From: Octopus vulgaris
Taxonomy: Eukaryota
Length of the DNA stretch: 64,000 nucleotides
Assembly: GCA_951406725.2 (NCBI GenBank)
Contig: OX597826.1
Span: 81,034,001 to 81,098,000, forward strand
Direction: 5' to 3'
Shown here in pieces: positions 12,511 to 24,524 of this stretch. The first letter of the stretch is position 1, and each line of letters begins with the position of its first letter. The translations under genes and the position numbers were made by a program. The notes under the pieces are model-generated. The model was not told the origin of the DNA. It ran no database searches and saw only the letters and a list, made by a program, of their open reading frames with translations.

Positions 12511-13213
12511 CTGTATTTAGCTGTGAACTTGCTATTAAGTACAGTTGCTTTTTGTACCCACTTCTTGTCTGTTATGATGTAGGGCCTGCCTGCCTGCCAT
12601 GGGCTCCCACAAAAATCAGGCAAGTCCATGGGGACACAGTCATATGAAGGACTGGAGAATCTTCTGCTGTGAACTTCGCAAGTGAAGAAACTTGTGGAAG
12701 CATTGGTGTTTCATTGATGCGGACATGCATCAGTGAACTTACGGCAGTGCTCCAGCAACTGGAGATATATATCATTATAAACAATTAAAGGTATTTTAAT
12801 ATGCTGCCACTTTTTTGATGAAATTTTTTTCTGTAAAGAAAACTTCATCCTATATTAGTAGTAAATATTATATGAGAGAGAGAGAGAGAGAGATAGGGTG
12901 TGACTGATGTCATCAATGACAGATCTGAGTGAAAGGGAGTGATGGCTGGCAATACAGGATAATGTTAGCTGGTAAGAAAGAATGCAAGTGGCTGGCATTG
13001 TGGGTGTGTGTGTGTGTGGTGGGGGAGGGTGATGGCAAAAGGTTGGCAGCTGCCAAAGATTGACTTGGAGAGAGGGGCAGGTAAATGGAAAACTTTTATC
13101 TGATACCAATAGATCTAGTGCTGTCCCTTCTTACTAAGGAACCTTTATGGTAAGGTAGATTTACGTGTGTGTTCAAATATGTACCCCATATCCTTAAACA
13201 CATATGCTTCATA

Positions 13214-13542
13214 TATTTGCTGGTAAGCTGTGATTCGGTAAGGTGGAGAATGCTCTCTCAAGGTGCCGACTGTTAAAACGCCTGGAAGTCATGGACAGCT
13301 GAGGTAACTAACCTCTAATCCTATCCAGGAGTGATGGACATTGATGTTTTGCCATTTTTGTGGCTTATCAACATCATGTACCTGAACAGAATCAAAGATG
13401 AAGCATTTTGCCGGTCCACAACTTATATGCATATACCATACAGGTAAGCTATTTCACCTGTCCATGACTTTCAAGTGTTTTAACACCCGCTGTTTTGAGA
13501 GAGCATTCTCCACCATGCCAAGTTGCAGCCTACCTGCAAATA
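13214..13542. mobile_element. Old MITE / fold-back element with ~100-bp terminal inverted repeats
   Basis: 13214-13314 is the imperfect reverse complement of 13442-13542 (GGTGGAGAATGCTCTCTCAA / TTGAGAGAGCATTCTCCACC; AAGTCATGGACAG / CTGTCCATGACTT); 127-bp spacer. Confidence 0.75.
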
Positions 13543-13572
13543 CACTCATATACATTAAGTATATGTAGTTGA

Positions 13573-13980
13573 CAGGGATGTGCTGCCTGGGTAGGCAAGG
13601 TAGGCAGTGCCTACCCTGAATAAAAATAATCGATAGTAACATTTTCCCTTTCTGGCAAAATTTGCGCCTAATTCAATAAAATTATGAAGGTTATTCTGAT
13701 TACTCTGCATAAAATACAAAATATTTTATTCTTTTATAAATTATGTAGGCATAATTCTCCCCTATCTTTCAATCTCAGTATTAAAGCTACACATAGGACT
13801 GCTGTAGTACACATGCTGCGTACATTCCTACAACAACATTTTCTTTACACGCTATAAAGGCAGAAGTAAATCTGTCTTCAACTCATTTGCACACCTGTGT
13901 TTCACTTATCTTTTTGTGTGTTTTACTGCATGAAGGTCACCAGCTGCCAACCCTGAGTAATTACTGATAGCACATGCCTG
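13573..13980. mobile_element. hAT-type MITE with perfect 8-bp TSD
   Basis: TIRs CAGGGATGTGCT / AGCACATGCCTG (1 mismatch); TSD GTAGTTGA at 13565-13572 and 13981-13988. Confidence 0.85.
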
Positions 13981-15386
13981 GTAGTTGATGATATATATAT
14001 ATATTCATATACACATACAAGAAACACTAGTGTTGTATTTACTTCCGTTTTGTGTTCAAATCCCAGCAGAGTCAACCATCTTCATTTTAACCATTTCAGT
14101 GACAATAAAATCATTGCCACGTAGATTCTGAGCTCATTTCGGTTGATCTTCACTTTGAAATGATTTACTTCAAAACAGGAGTGAATATGGAAATCAGTTG
14201 TAGACTGTTTACGTGTGTGGGTTTGTGTATGTGTGTCCCTTTGTCTTGACATCCAGTGATGGTTATAAACAAGTGCCATTCTCATGCATGCAGTGTCATT
14301 CCTTTCCAATATTCTGTGAGAACATGTCTGGCCATGGGGTAAAATATTATTGTACTTGGAAACAGAGATGAGGGTTGGTGACAGCAAGGGAGTCCAGCCG
14401 TAGAAAACCTGTCCCATTGAACTCTGCCCAACTCGTGCAAACATGGGAAAATGAACATTAAAATAATGATGTGTGTGTGGATGTGATAATGATTTAGAAA
14501 TATTTACCTTTCTCCTCGTATCTTATTCTGGATTTTATAAATTAACCCAGTAAATTCAGCCATTATTTTCCACAAACTAAAAGTCTTTTCTATGGCAGAG
14601 TAATTACTTTATTGTTGTTTTTTCATTTTAAGGTTAGTTCTGATTGCAAAGACCTCACAGACATTTGATCAAAGACATTCCACATTTATATCAACGATCA
14701 TCCCATCTTTCTTTTACTTTTTTTTAAAAAATAAAGTCTGGTAGTTTGTTGTTGTTTTTGAACAGCTTCAGCCATTGCTGTTTTAGAAGTACCCACAGCA
14801 CATGTGTTGCATATCACCTGCTTAGAAGACGTCCATTAATTGAACTTCCTTGCTTACGCTGTTCCTCACTCTAATCTGGAGCTGTGCTTCCTACTGTCGT
14901 GCGTTCTAACTTCCTGATTTACTGTATCTCATTCTGGCCAAGTTTACGACTGTCTTCCATACTGCCATACAGGAATTGTTAGCTACATCGTACACACTGT
15001 GGTAGAGAACATACATTAACTAGGCCCTATCTAACCCCGAGGTAACCCCTTATGGAACACAATATATAATCAAAGGGGTCCCAGCTGCAACTTGCATTTT
15101 ATTTATTTTTTTCTATTTTTAAAGTGGTGGATAAGCAGAATTGTTGTATTTCTTCTGGTTTTCTACACTCCTGAGTTCAAATCTTGCCAATGCCAACTTT
15201 GCCTTTCACTCTTCTAGGGGTTGATTAAATAAAGTAGCAGTTAAATGCTGAGGTTGATATAATCAACTAACTCCTTCTCTGGAAATTGCTGGCCTTGTGC
15301 TTAAATTAGAAACCATTTTTCTTCCAGATATGGTGTCTCTAAGACTGCATTATTAAATGTGTCCTGCTGTTTTTAAACCAGTAAAG

Positions 15387-15635
15387 CAGGGGGCCCTGAC
15401 CACCAGGTCATGGATCATTTGTTACCAGGCCACAGAGAAGGAATGAATTTTTAATTTTTACTTCTCTTTTATTGACTATTGCAGTCTGCCGGGTGTGTGT
15501 TGCATTATATATGTTATAATTAAATTGTATATAATGCAGTCTATTGTGATTTGTTGTGTGTGTGGTTCCCCAATCCAGGGGAAAATTGTCTTGCGGGAAA
15601 CTGGTCTGTGGTGCCAAAAAGGTTGGGGCCTGCTG
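15387..15635 (+). mobile_element. hAT-Charlie-type MITE with MER1-like ends
   Basis: Starts CAGGGGGCCC and ends GGAAAATTGTCTT...GAAACTGGTCTGTGGTGCCAAAAAGGTTGGGGCCTGCTG; no clear TSD. A more decayed copy lies at ~32595-32830. Confidence 0.65.
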
Positions 15636-16467
15636 TGGAAGAGTACACATAGAGGGAGATTTAGTCTGATATTTCTAGCAATTGATGGTCAGTACAAAGA
15701 TGCTCTCTTATTGTATTGTATTTGTTGTGTTGTCTAGTTTATACATTACTGAACTATCCAGAATAACCATGCAGATTTCTTTCTCTACCATAATTCAGTT
15801 TATCTTTCATATCTCCTTCGGGAAGTTCTATCTTTAAAACTGAGAACCATTTGGTGAGTTTTATTCTCACCAATGTATATATCTCGGTTGAAATTCTATT
15901 GGAAAAAGAGCAGAGAGGACGGTGAGAATGTTATTGAAGACTGTGTTTGTACATGTAATAAATATGTGTGTTTATGAGTGAGATGGCGGTAGATTGGATG
16001 CCCCACGAAGAATAATCTGTCTGCTATAAATCAAACGATATAAGTAAATAGATAAGAAAATACAGATGAGAATTAAAGTGTTTAAAGACAGACATGGAAC
16101 CAGTATTTCAGAGAATGTGTTCTTTTTCACACTCACACACACACACACATCTCCTTCCCTCTCTCTCTCTCTCTCCCTCTTTCTCTCACACATCTTATCC
16201 AGTGAGTTTTATTTTAACTTGTCTTTAGATAAGGAACCAAAATGTCTAAGCTATTCCACTGGACTCCACACCATCATCCTACTCTCTCTCTCTAGAACCC
16301 CTCCTCCCACTGCCGCCGCTTTGCCATTCTTATGAAAAATGAGTCAATAATGAACATAACTCACCTTGTCGCAATCAAACTTGTTCCAAAAAATTTTTTG
16401 TTTTTCTTTTTGTTTTACAATTTTTTTTCCAATTTTTTTGTTGTTGCTCACAGGTGAAATATATTCT

Positions 16468-16845
16468 GGCGCAATCGTGGCTGTGTGGTAAGAGGTTTAT
16501 TTCCCAACCACATGGTTTTGGTTTCAATCCCTCTGCAAGTGTCTTCTACTACAGTCTTGTAAGTGGATTTGGTAGACAGAAACTGAAAGAAGCCTGTTGT
16601 GTGTGTGTGTGTGTGTGTGCGCGTGTGTGTGTGTGTGCGTGTGTGTGTTTGGTTATATTTGTTACCACTCACAACTGGTGTTGGTTTGTTTATATCCCTG
16701 AACTTAACAGTTTGGCAAAAAGGGCTGTTAGAATAAGTACCAGGCTTTAAAAAATAAGTACAGGGTTTGATGTGTTCAGCTAAACCCTTTAAGGCAGGGC
16801 TCCAGCATGGCCACAGTCCAAATGACAAACAAATAAAAGAGAAAA
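16468..16845 (+). mobile_element. SINE family A
   Basis: GGCGCAATCGTGGCTGTGTGGTAAG...GGTTTCAATCCC...CCAGCATGGCCACAGTC. Confidence 0.85.
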
Positions 16846-16847
16846 GA

Positions 16848-17045
16848 TTACTTTATTTCATTTGTGGATTTGGTTTGCAAGATTCTTTATGTGAGTTCGT
16901 GTGTTGAAGCATATTCTGTTGTGTCTAGGGAGGGTCATTCTCCTTTGTGCCTTATAATTTAACACACTCACTGGTAAAGTTTCCACTCATTTCTTTCTTT
17001 ATTTTTTAAAGAATTTTCGTTGTGTCTTGCAACCTTTTCAGTTGT
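16848..17045 (-). mobile_element. Penelope-like terminal-repeat fragment
   Basis: Minus strand: CTGAAAA-G-GTTG[CAAGACA]CAAC-GAAAATT (variant hammerhead-like core), then ~150 nt ending in AATAAA. Confidence 0.35.
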
Positions 17046-17474
17046 TGACTCAAATTATTTCATTTTTATTTTAGCACAAAGTCTTTAATTTTTTTTTTTT
17101 TTTTCCTCACTTTTTACTAGTTTAGTCAGGTGTAAAGATGCAGATACTAGCTCCATGGTCTTTCGCCAGACTCTCCCAGGCTGCTGAATGTGATAAAGTA
17201 AAAGGCAATCTACAAAATGCAAAAAAAATAAAATCAAATCCTTGTTATTACTTCTGGCATGCAGAACCTTCAGCCTTTCAGGGTTGATAAGTACCAGTCA
17301 TGAACTGGGGATCAATATGATCAATCTATCCCTCATCCTGAAATTGCTGGCCTGGTGCCATTATTTCTGGCAGTAATAATCAGGCCTCAGTCGTGCTGAC
17401 ACATTGTATGGTGTCTCTGAGCAAGATGTGCAACTTGGCTCGGTTCATTTTGTCTGACATACTAAAGCCAACAT

Positions 17475-17690
17475 GGAAGCCTCTATGTGTCGCTTGACTT
17501 GCTAGTAATAGCAGTCAAATATCTCTTGCCTCTGACCAAATTACACCTTGCTGTTTTCAAAAAGGAAGACATATTGGCTAATGTGGCCATAGATACCATT
17601 ATGCCTGGAAGAAAAGACAAGGTGGTCATGGATGAAATGCCTTTCATTGTAGATCTTCCCGATAAAGGATGACCTGGAACTAAACAATAA
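17475..17690 (+). mobile_element. Old abundant interspersed repeat family F (probable SINE 3' part with (CAA)n tail)
   Basis: Motifs GCTAGAAATAGCAGCCAAAT...GATGGTCATGG.TGGAATG.CTTTGATC...CTAAACAACAA recur about 20 times, e.g. 40-290, 5800-5990, 6150-6330, 18560-18730, 20790-20970, 36240-36760, 43730-43900, 53436-53604, 57280-57440, 59712-59910, 60290-60480, 63404-63570. Confidence 0.65.
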
Positions 17691-18744
17691 CTCATAAAAA
17701 AAAAACCAGTTTCATTCCTACTTAAAGACTGAATTAGTGATGTGATGGGCATTCATCACCATCCTCAGCCATTTTTTATGCTAGATTCGGTTGGGCAGTT
17801 TGACAAGATGTGATCGGCTCAAAGACGACATTGTGCTCCAGTGTCTGCTTTGACGTGGTTTCTACAGCTGGATGCCTTTCCTAAATGCCAACCACTTTAC
17901 AGTGTGTATTTGGAGGTAAGCGGGTGATGCGTTCCTACACACTGGTTCTCTCCACAGAGCTCTGTCTCAACGGTTCTGGCATTTCTATAGACTGGTGCTT
18001 CAGTCTGGCTTCTCCACAGATTGACCTGCTGGTAGATAGGTTGCCAATGAAACATCATCATCATCATCGTCATTTAACATCCATTTTCAATGCTGGCATG
18101 GGTTGGATGGTTTGACAGAGAGCTGCGCCAGACTCCAGTTGTCAGTTTTGGCATGGTTTCTGTGGATGGATGCCCTTCTTAACACCAACCACTTTACAGA
18201 GCAAAATGGTGGCTTTTTATGTTGCACCAACATGGGAGCTATTTACATGGTGCCAGCACCCATGGGGTCACCAAATGGCTTGGAAGATTATGATGTCTGA
18301 GCAGAGAGGGGGAATGGAACCATGAGAGATGGCCATATGCCAGGCAAGAAGTTGGAGTATGATAGAAGGACAGTGATAGCTTTATCCTATATTATTATAA
18401 GAACTCTTTATCACCAATGATATAAAACAGCGTTGCTGACCGCTGGCATTCCAGCAGCCGACAGCAGTACAGCTCAGTTATTGGTGATGGTACTACTGCT
18501 TCTTTGAGAGAGGGTGATTGTTAGTATTGGCAGAATTTAGTGAAGACTAATGGTTACTGTTTGGTACCAGGTCAGTTTTAATTAAGCAAATATATGGCCA
18601 AAGACATCCCACTGATGACCATTCTGTTATGGGGTGAGGTGGGTCACACAGGAGAACATATTGCAGCATGGATGTGATTTAGGAGTTATTTAGCTGCTAT
18701 TTCTAGCAGGTCAAGATACCATTAAGATTCCCTTGGTTATATTC

Positions 18745-18943
18745 TTTTTATTCTTTTATTTGTTTGTCATTTTGACTGGCCATGCTGGAGCACCAACTTT
18801 AGTCCAGCAAATCGATCCTAGGACTTAGTCTTTGTAAGCCTAGTACTTATTCTATCAGTCTCTTTTGTTGAAATGCTAAGTTATGAGGATGTAAACACAC
18901 CAGCATCGGTTGTCAAGCGATGTTGGGACACACACAAACATAT

Positions 18944-18980
<37 letters not shown>

Positions 18981-19161
18981 TATATATATATACATACATA
19001 CACGACAGGCTTTCAGTTTCCGTCTACCAAATCCACTCACAAGACTTTGGTCGGCTTGAGGCTATAATAGAAGACACTTAGCCAAGGTGCCACACAGTGG
19101 GACTGAACCCGGAACCATGTGGTTGGTTAGCAAGCTACTTACCACACTGCCACTCCTGCAC
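18745..19161 (-). mobile_element. SINE family A, full length
   Basis: Colinear with 8721-9133. Confidence 0.9.
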
Positions 19162-20023
19162 TGTTTGAATTGTAGGCATAACACACCATCCTGGGGCACC
19201 TTTAGCTGACTTCACTGTTACAAACATTTCAACAATAACTCTTGCCATTAACCCTCCTGCCCCACCCACCTTCTTTCCCTATATATTCCTAACATAGATG
19301 TTTGATAAACTGAATCTTATAGAATTACATATCCAAGAGCAGAATAGAATACCTGACCTCATTGACCTTTGGACTGCAAGGTTAATACATTATTTATTCA
19401 ACCGCTTCCTCTTACGTTCTCATTATCTCAACAGAACATTTAAGTTGCTATTGAAACCTAATTAACTTCAAATTCCCAATTGACAACTGAGCCCACCTAT
19501 TTCAAGAGTGACCGACCTTATTTCTCCTAATTTCTATACTTTCCCATCTACTAATTATGTAATATCTAATTACATATTTTAACGTTTCGCTGTTGTCGTG
19601 TTAATTACCTTTTAAAGCATGTCTTTAATTACTGTTTGTGGTATTTAAAACGTTGCTGCTCTTTTTAACCAATTATTGTAAACTTAACCAGTTTCAATGA
19701 TTAGCTCCTGTGTGTAAAAACATTTTTAGATTCTTTTCCTTGTGAATAATCATTATCTTCCACCAGTCCAGGCAGAGTTCTTTATAGAAAATGCTACAAG
19801 TTTGGCTGCCAAATAGCTGTTATTGGCAACTGTAGATAACATATATAAAAAAACTGAACCGGTGCCAGCATTAAAAGTGTGTGCAAGACTTAAGTTGAAT
19901 GATTAGCTTGTTGACAGAGATAGATTGTGCTTTGCCATGGTCGTAGTCACTTATTTTCTCTTCTTTATTTCCTTGCCTCTAACTTAATTCTTTACTTGAC
20001 CAACAGAGGGAGCCTCTATAACC

Positions 20024-20168
20024 GTCGTCGACTTTGCCTTTCATCCTTTCGGGGTCGATTAAATAAGTACCAGTTACGCACTGGGGTCGATATAATCGAC
20101 TTAATCCATTTGTCTGTCCTTGTTTGTCCCCTCTGTGTGTAGCCCCTTGTGGGTAGTAAAGAAATAGG
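20024..20168 (+). mobile_element. SINE family B, 5'-truncated, CpG-rich copy
   Basis: GTCGACTTTGCCTTTCATCCTTTCGGGGTCG...GTAGTAAAGAAATAG. Confidence 0.85.
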
Positions 20169-20262
20169 AAGGCCATGACCGGAAAATCTTAAGAATAAAA
20201 CATCTTTACTTTTTATCAGGGCTGAATTGAAGCTAAACACTTTTTTTTTTTTTAATCTGTAA

Positions 20263-20459
20263 CCCTTTAGCATTCATCAGGCCATATCCCGCCCAAATAC
20301 TCTACATGTTTTATGGCCAGATCTGGCCTCTTACACCTACTCTACAATGTCATTATAAAAATATACAATCACATCATCAAAATCTCAAAACTGAGAGATA
20401 AAGTTATGATTAATTGAAAACAATGTGAATAAATAGAGATTACATTTGAAAAAGTAATC
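20263..20459 (+). mobile_element. Possible piggyBac-type MITE, right end lost
   Basis: Begins (G)TAA-CCCTTTAGCATT like TTAA-CCC elements; the partner TIR is not visible. Confidence 0.35.
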
Positions 20460-20544
20460 ATCATCATCATCATATGTATGTATATTCCATCCAGTGAGAC
20501 ATAAATAAATATCTATTTAATATGCAATTATGAAATAGTGACAA

Positions 20545-20625
20545 ATAGTTTCATGCTTTACAGTACTTTAGATTGACAGATTTATAAAATGTTCCAATTT
20601 AGGGTACTGTAAAGCATAAAACTGT
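20545..20625 (+). ncRNA. Pre-miRNA-like hairpin candidate
   Basis: 31-bp stem (20545-20575 / 20595-20625) with 4 G:U pairs and one mismatch on the + strand; 19-nt loop; single copy in the window. Confidence 0.35.
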
Positions 20626-21289
20626 TAGCAGCTCTTTTGTAATTGTGTATTAAATCGATATAATCTATATCTCAATGTATATAAGGATACATATCAAGTA
20701 TGTTTTACCATTTAACTTTATAAAAACTATGTCCTCGCATTTCATTCCACGAATCCTTGAATGGTTACCATTTTGATTAGCCAAATACTTGTTCCTGTTT
20801 AGTCTCATGTTGCCCCTGACCGAGCAGAACTGTGATGAAGGCCACACCATCCATAACCATAACATCCCTTTTAGGGCTGTCTAGGACTACATTATCTCAT
20901 CTGTACTTTGCTTTTCAGACAAATGTTTTGAGAGAGATTTGGTTGTTATTTCTAGCTTTCTCACAGATCAAGCATCCACTTAACTGCTCCCTTGTGCATG
21001 CGTGTGTCTGTAAGTGTGTGTATCAAACCAGAAGACTAGAAAAGTTTGAATATGTGTGTGTGTATATGTATGTGTATTTGTGTATGTTGTGGATTTTGTG
21101 TGTGTTTTAGCAATAATGTATATGATACGTTTGATGTTGGTTGTGTAAATGATAAAGAATGATTTATTAGCAGGTATTTTTGTTGTACAGCATTTCTGTT
21201 AATTAATCTTTTACCTGTATCAGGTTATAAAGTTCTGAAAACTGTTATGTAGGTCTGTGCGTGTTTAGAGCGCGTTGGTGAATACATTG

Positions 21290-21830
21290 TGTGTGTCTAT
21301 GTAAACCGCTTGTCTGCATGTAGATGTGTGTGTGTGTGTGTGTTTACATGTAAATGTGTGTGTGTGCCTGTACATGTATGGGAGTGTTGGCATGTAGGTT
21401 TGTGAGTGTGTGTCTGTCTACATGTGAACATGTGCCTACATGTAGATGTATCCGTGTGTTTGCATGTAAATGTGTCTGTGTGTGTGTGTGTGTGTGTGTG
21501 CCTGTACATGTATGGGAGCGTTGACATGTATGTGTGTGTGTGTGTTCATGTATGTTTGTTTACTTGTCTGCATGTACATGTCTCTTTATGTTTGCATGAA
21601 CATGTGTTTATGTGTAGGTGAGCTTGCATCATGTGCATGTGTGCATGCGTATCTGCATGTGCAGGTATGTATATTTATGTTGCCGCATGCACATGTATGT
21701 GCATGCAAGTGCCTGTTTATACAAGTATACATAACATACATGAGTGCCCGTGTGTGTGTGTGTGTGTGTATATGTATAGATGAGTGTGTTTATGTGCCAG
21801 TATGGGTGTGTTGGTGTGTATGTGTGTCAG
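21290..21830. repeat. Degenerate (TG)n/(CATG)n compound microsatellite
   Basis: Directly visible. Confidence 0.9.
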
Positions 21831-22494
21831 TTTTGATTCAATCCCCAATAGCAATTGACTATCCTATTTATTTTGTTCTGTCTTGTCTATTGACCTGATT
21901 CTGCTTATTCTCCTCCCACCCTCCCACCCTCCCATCACCACCACCACCACCTCCATCATCACCACCACCACCACCTCCATCATCACCATCACCACCTCTA
22001 TCACCACCACCACCCACTTTGTGTATCAAATTCAATCAGTTTCATCTCCCACTCATAATATCGAGTATCAACATCATCATCTCCTCCGTTTCTCGCTCTT
22101 TTTAACCATTTTCGGAGAATTTCCTGCCACATTTTAGCTGGAATTCTTCTCTCTCTCTCTCTTTCTCTCTTCACCTTTTTACTTGTACGAAAATAAGAAG
22201 GAGCAGAAGAAAGAATGAACAAAAAAAAAACTGAACGAAAGAAACGAATGATTGGAAAGAAAAACATCAAAAGCAAATTACGGTAACTGTTCCATTGGAA
22301 ATGCAAGAAGTCTGCTGTGTTGGCAGAAAATGGAAAGTGCTGCATCAGGCTGAATGCTTTGAAGTCTTTTAGCTCCTTACTCTCTTCATTGATATCCTAC
22401 CAGAGTTTTGACTGTTTCATTTGAACACTCGACAATTGAAAAATTAAATTCCAACAGCATTATCATCGTCTTTTTTGTTATTAAGTGCCAAGGT

Positions 22495-23180
22495 TGGTTT
22501 TTGCCTTCTGTTCTTGATTGTTGGGGGTCAATGTAATTGACTAGTCCCCTTCACCAAAATTTCGGGCCTTGTGCCTATTATTATTAAGGCAGTGAGCTGG
22601 CAAAATCGTTAACACGATGGCAAAATGCTTAACGGTATTTCATTCGTCTTCACATTCTGGGGTTGACTTTGCCTTTCATCCTTTCAGGGTTGATAAAATA
22701 AGGACCAATTGAACACTGGGCTCAGTTTAACTGACTCATCCCCGCCCCCAAAATTGTTGCCCCTGTGGCAAAATTTGAAACCATTATTATTATTATTATT
22801 AAGGCAGTGAGCTGGCAGAATCGTTAGCACACCAGGTGAAATGCTTCGTGGTATTTCGTCCGTCTTCATGCTCTGAGTTCAAATTCTACCAAGGCCGACT
22901 TGCCTTTCATCCTTTCGGGGTTGATAAAATAAGTACCAGTTGAACACTGGAGTTGATGTCATTGGTTTACTCCTTCACCTAAAATTGCTGGCCTTGTGCT
23001 TAAATTTGAAATTATCATTATCATCATCATTATTGAGTGAGAGGGCTATGCATGCCATCAAAGTGACACTGGCATTTTGTCCATCTCTACATTCTGCATT
23101 CAAATTGCTCTAAAGTTGGCTTTGCTCCTTTTATCTTTTTGAGGGCAATGTCATTGACTATCTCTCTTCCTTAAAATTAA
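22495..23180 (+). mobile_element. Head-to-tail cluster of 3-4 SINE family B copies with (TTA)n tails
   Basis: AAGGCAGTGAGCTGGCA heads at ~22586 and ~22801, each directly after the (TTA)n tail of the previous copy. Confidence 0.8.
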
Positions 23181-23498
23181 GTCTTCCTCCACTATGAACC
23201 GTTTATGAAGCAGATCTATTCATTATGGATTTGCTTAATCAGGGCTCACCCAGGTGTAAGCACCAATACCTGTCCATGATACATCTGCTAATGTTTCCCC
23301 CTCTTTTCATTATCCTCTACACATCTTTTCTTACTGGATCATATTTTGATCCATTACTTCCTCCTTTTTCTCCCCGTTCTTTATTCTGGTTGTTACTCTG
23401 AATCCATTCTGTCGGTGTGACTGCAACCTCCAAGGAAATTAAAATGTCTTTGAGACAGCTTGATTTGCTTTATAACTTCCATTCATAGCTAGGATATA

Positions 23499-24066
23499 TT
23501 AGGTTGAGGAAAAAGTTTGTGCGCCAAACTTGTGCCGAATGGTCACGCCATCAATGCTGAACTTTACTGCATGCAACTTGATCGAGTCTACGATGCGCTG
23601 GTTGAAAAGCACCGAAGACTTGTTTGTTGGAAATGCACTTTGTTTCAACAAGACAATGCAAAGCCACATACCACCAGAAAGACCAGCAACAAGATTGAAG
23701 AATTGGTCGGTGTGGAAGTTCTTCTGCATCCAGCTTGTAGTCCAGACGTTGCTCCATCTGACCACGGTCTCTTCAGATTAATGCAGTACTTTATGAAAGT
23801 TCACTGATTTGAGTCATTTGATGAAGTTGAAGAAGAAACCTGTCAAGAATCTTTGAATTCAAAGCTGAAGGATTGGTGCTTTGACTAAATCCAAAAGCTT
23901 GCTGATTGTTGGCAGAAGGTCATGGAACATGATGCCCTTCATTTTGAAGAATAGTTGTTGCTGTTTTTGAATAAATTCTTGCATTAAAAAAATCATTATT
24001 TTAACACAGCACACAAACTTTTTCCTCAAACTGAAGAATCTGAAACCAACTTTTTCTTCAACCTCA
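23499..24066 (+). mobile_element. Internally deleted mariner transposon (family 1)
   Basis: TA-flanked TIR TTAGGTTGAGGAAAAAGTTTGTG; matching right TIR present twice (24012-24035 and ~24047-24066+TA); transposase C-terminus FQQDNAKPHT...HPACSPDVAPSDHGLF...IQKLADCWQKV with stops. Confidence 0.9.
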
Positions 24067-24485
24067 TATAATTGACAGTGTGTCCATCACTCTGATTGTC
24101 CATCCCCAAAGGTAGCTAACTCTGATGTTCTTGGATTTATTTTCCTTAGTTACTCAACACTAACGGGAGTGTTACATTTGTACTTAACTGGTGTCATTGT
24201 TGTTGATGGCATATTTATTGACATACCTATTGCTAATATATAAATGAACGAATCTAGAAACCTACCTTTTTTTTTTTCCTTTTTGTTATGGGAAACAAAG
24301 GCCACTGAACAGGAAGAGTAAGTAGGCAGTGCTCTTATGGGAGGTGAGACAATCAGTCAGGTGACCTGGTTTTAACTGTGGTCTAGGAATGTCTGTATCT
24401 GTGTGAGAGATAAGAATGGCTATGAAATCTGTTCCTTTCTCTCTGTCTCTCTTGCATGTGTCTCCCTTGCCATTTCTTGCCACAC

Positions 24486-24524
<39 letters not shown>

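Noticed and set aside
13441-13449. Strong splice donor CAG|GTAAGC
   Set aside because: Lies in the arm of an inverted-repeat element; no supportable exon upstream.
14780-15000. Possible RTE LINE 3' remnant (QFLYGSME on the minus strand)
   Set aside because: A single weak motif; too decayed to support.
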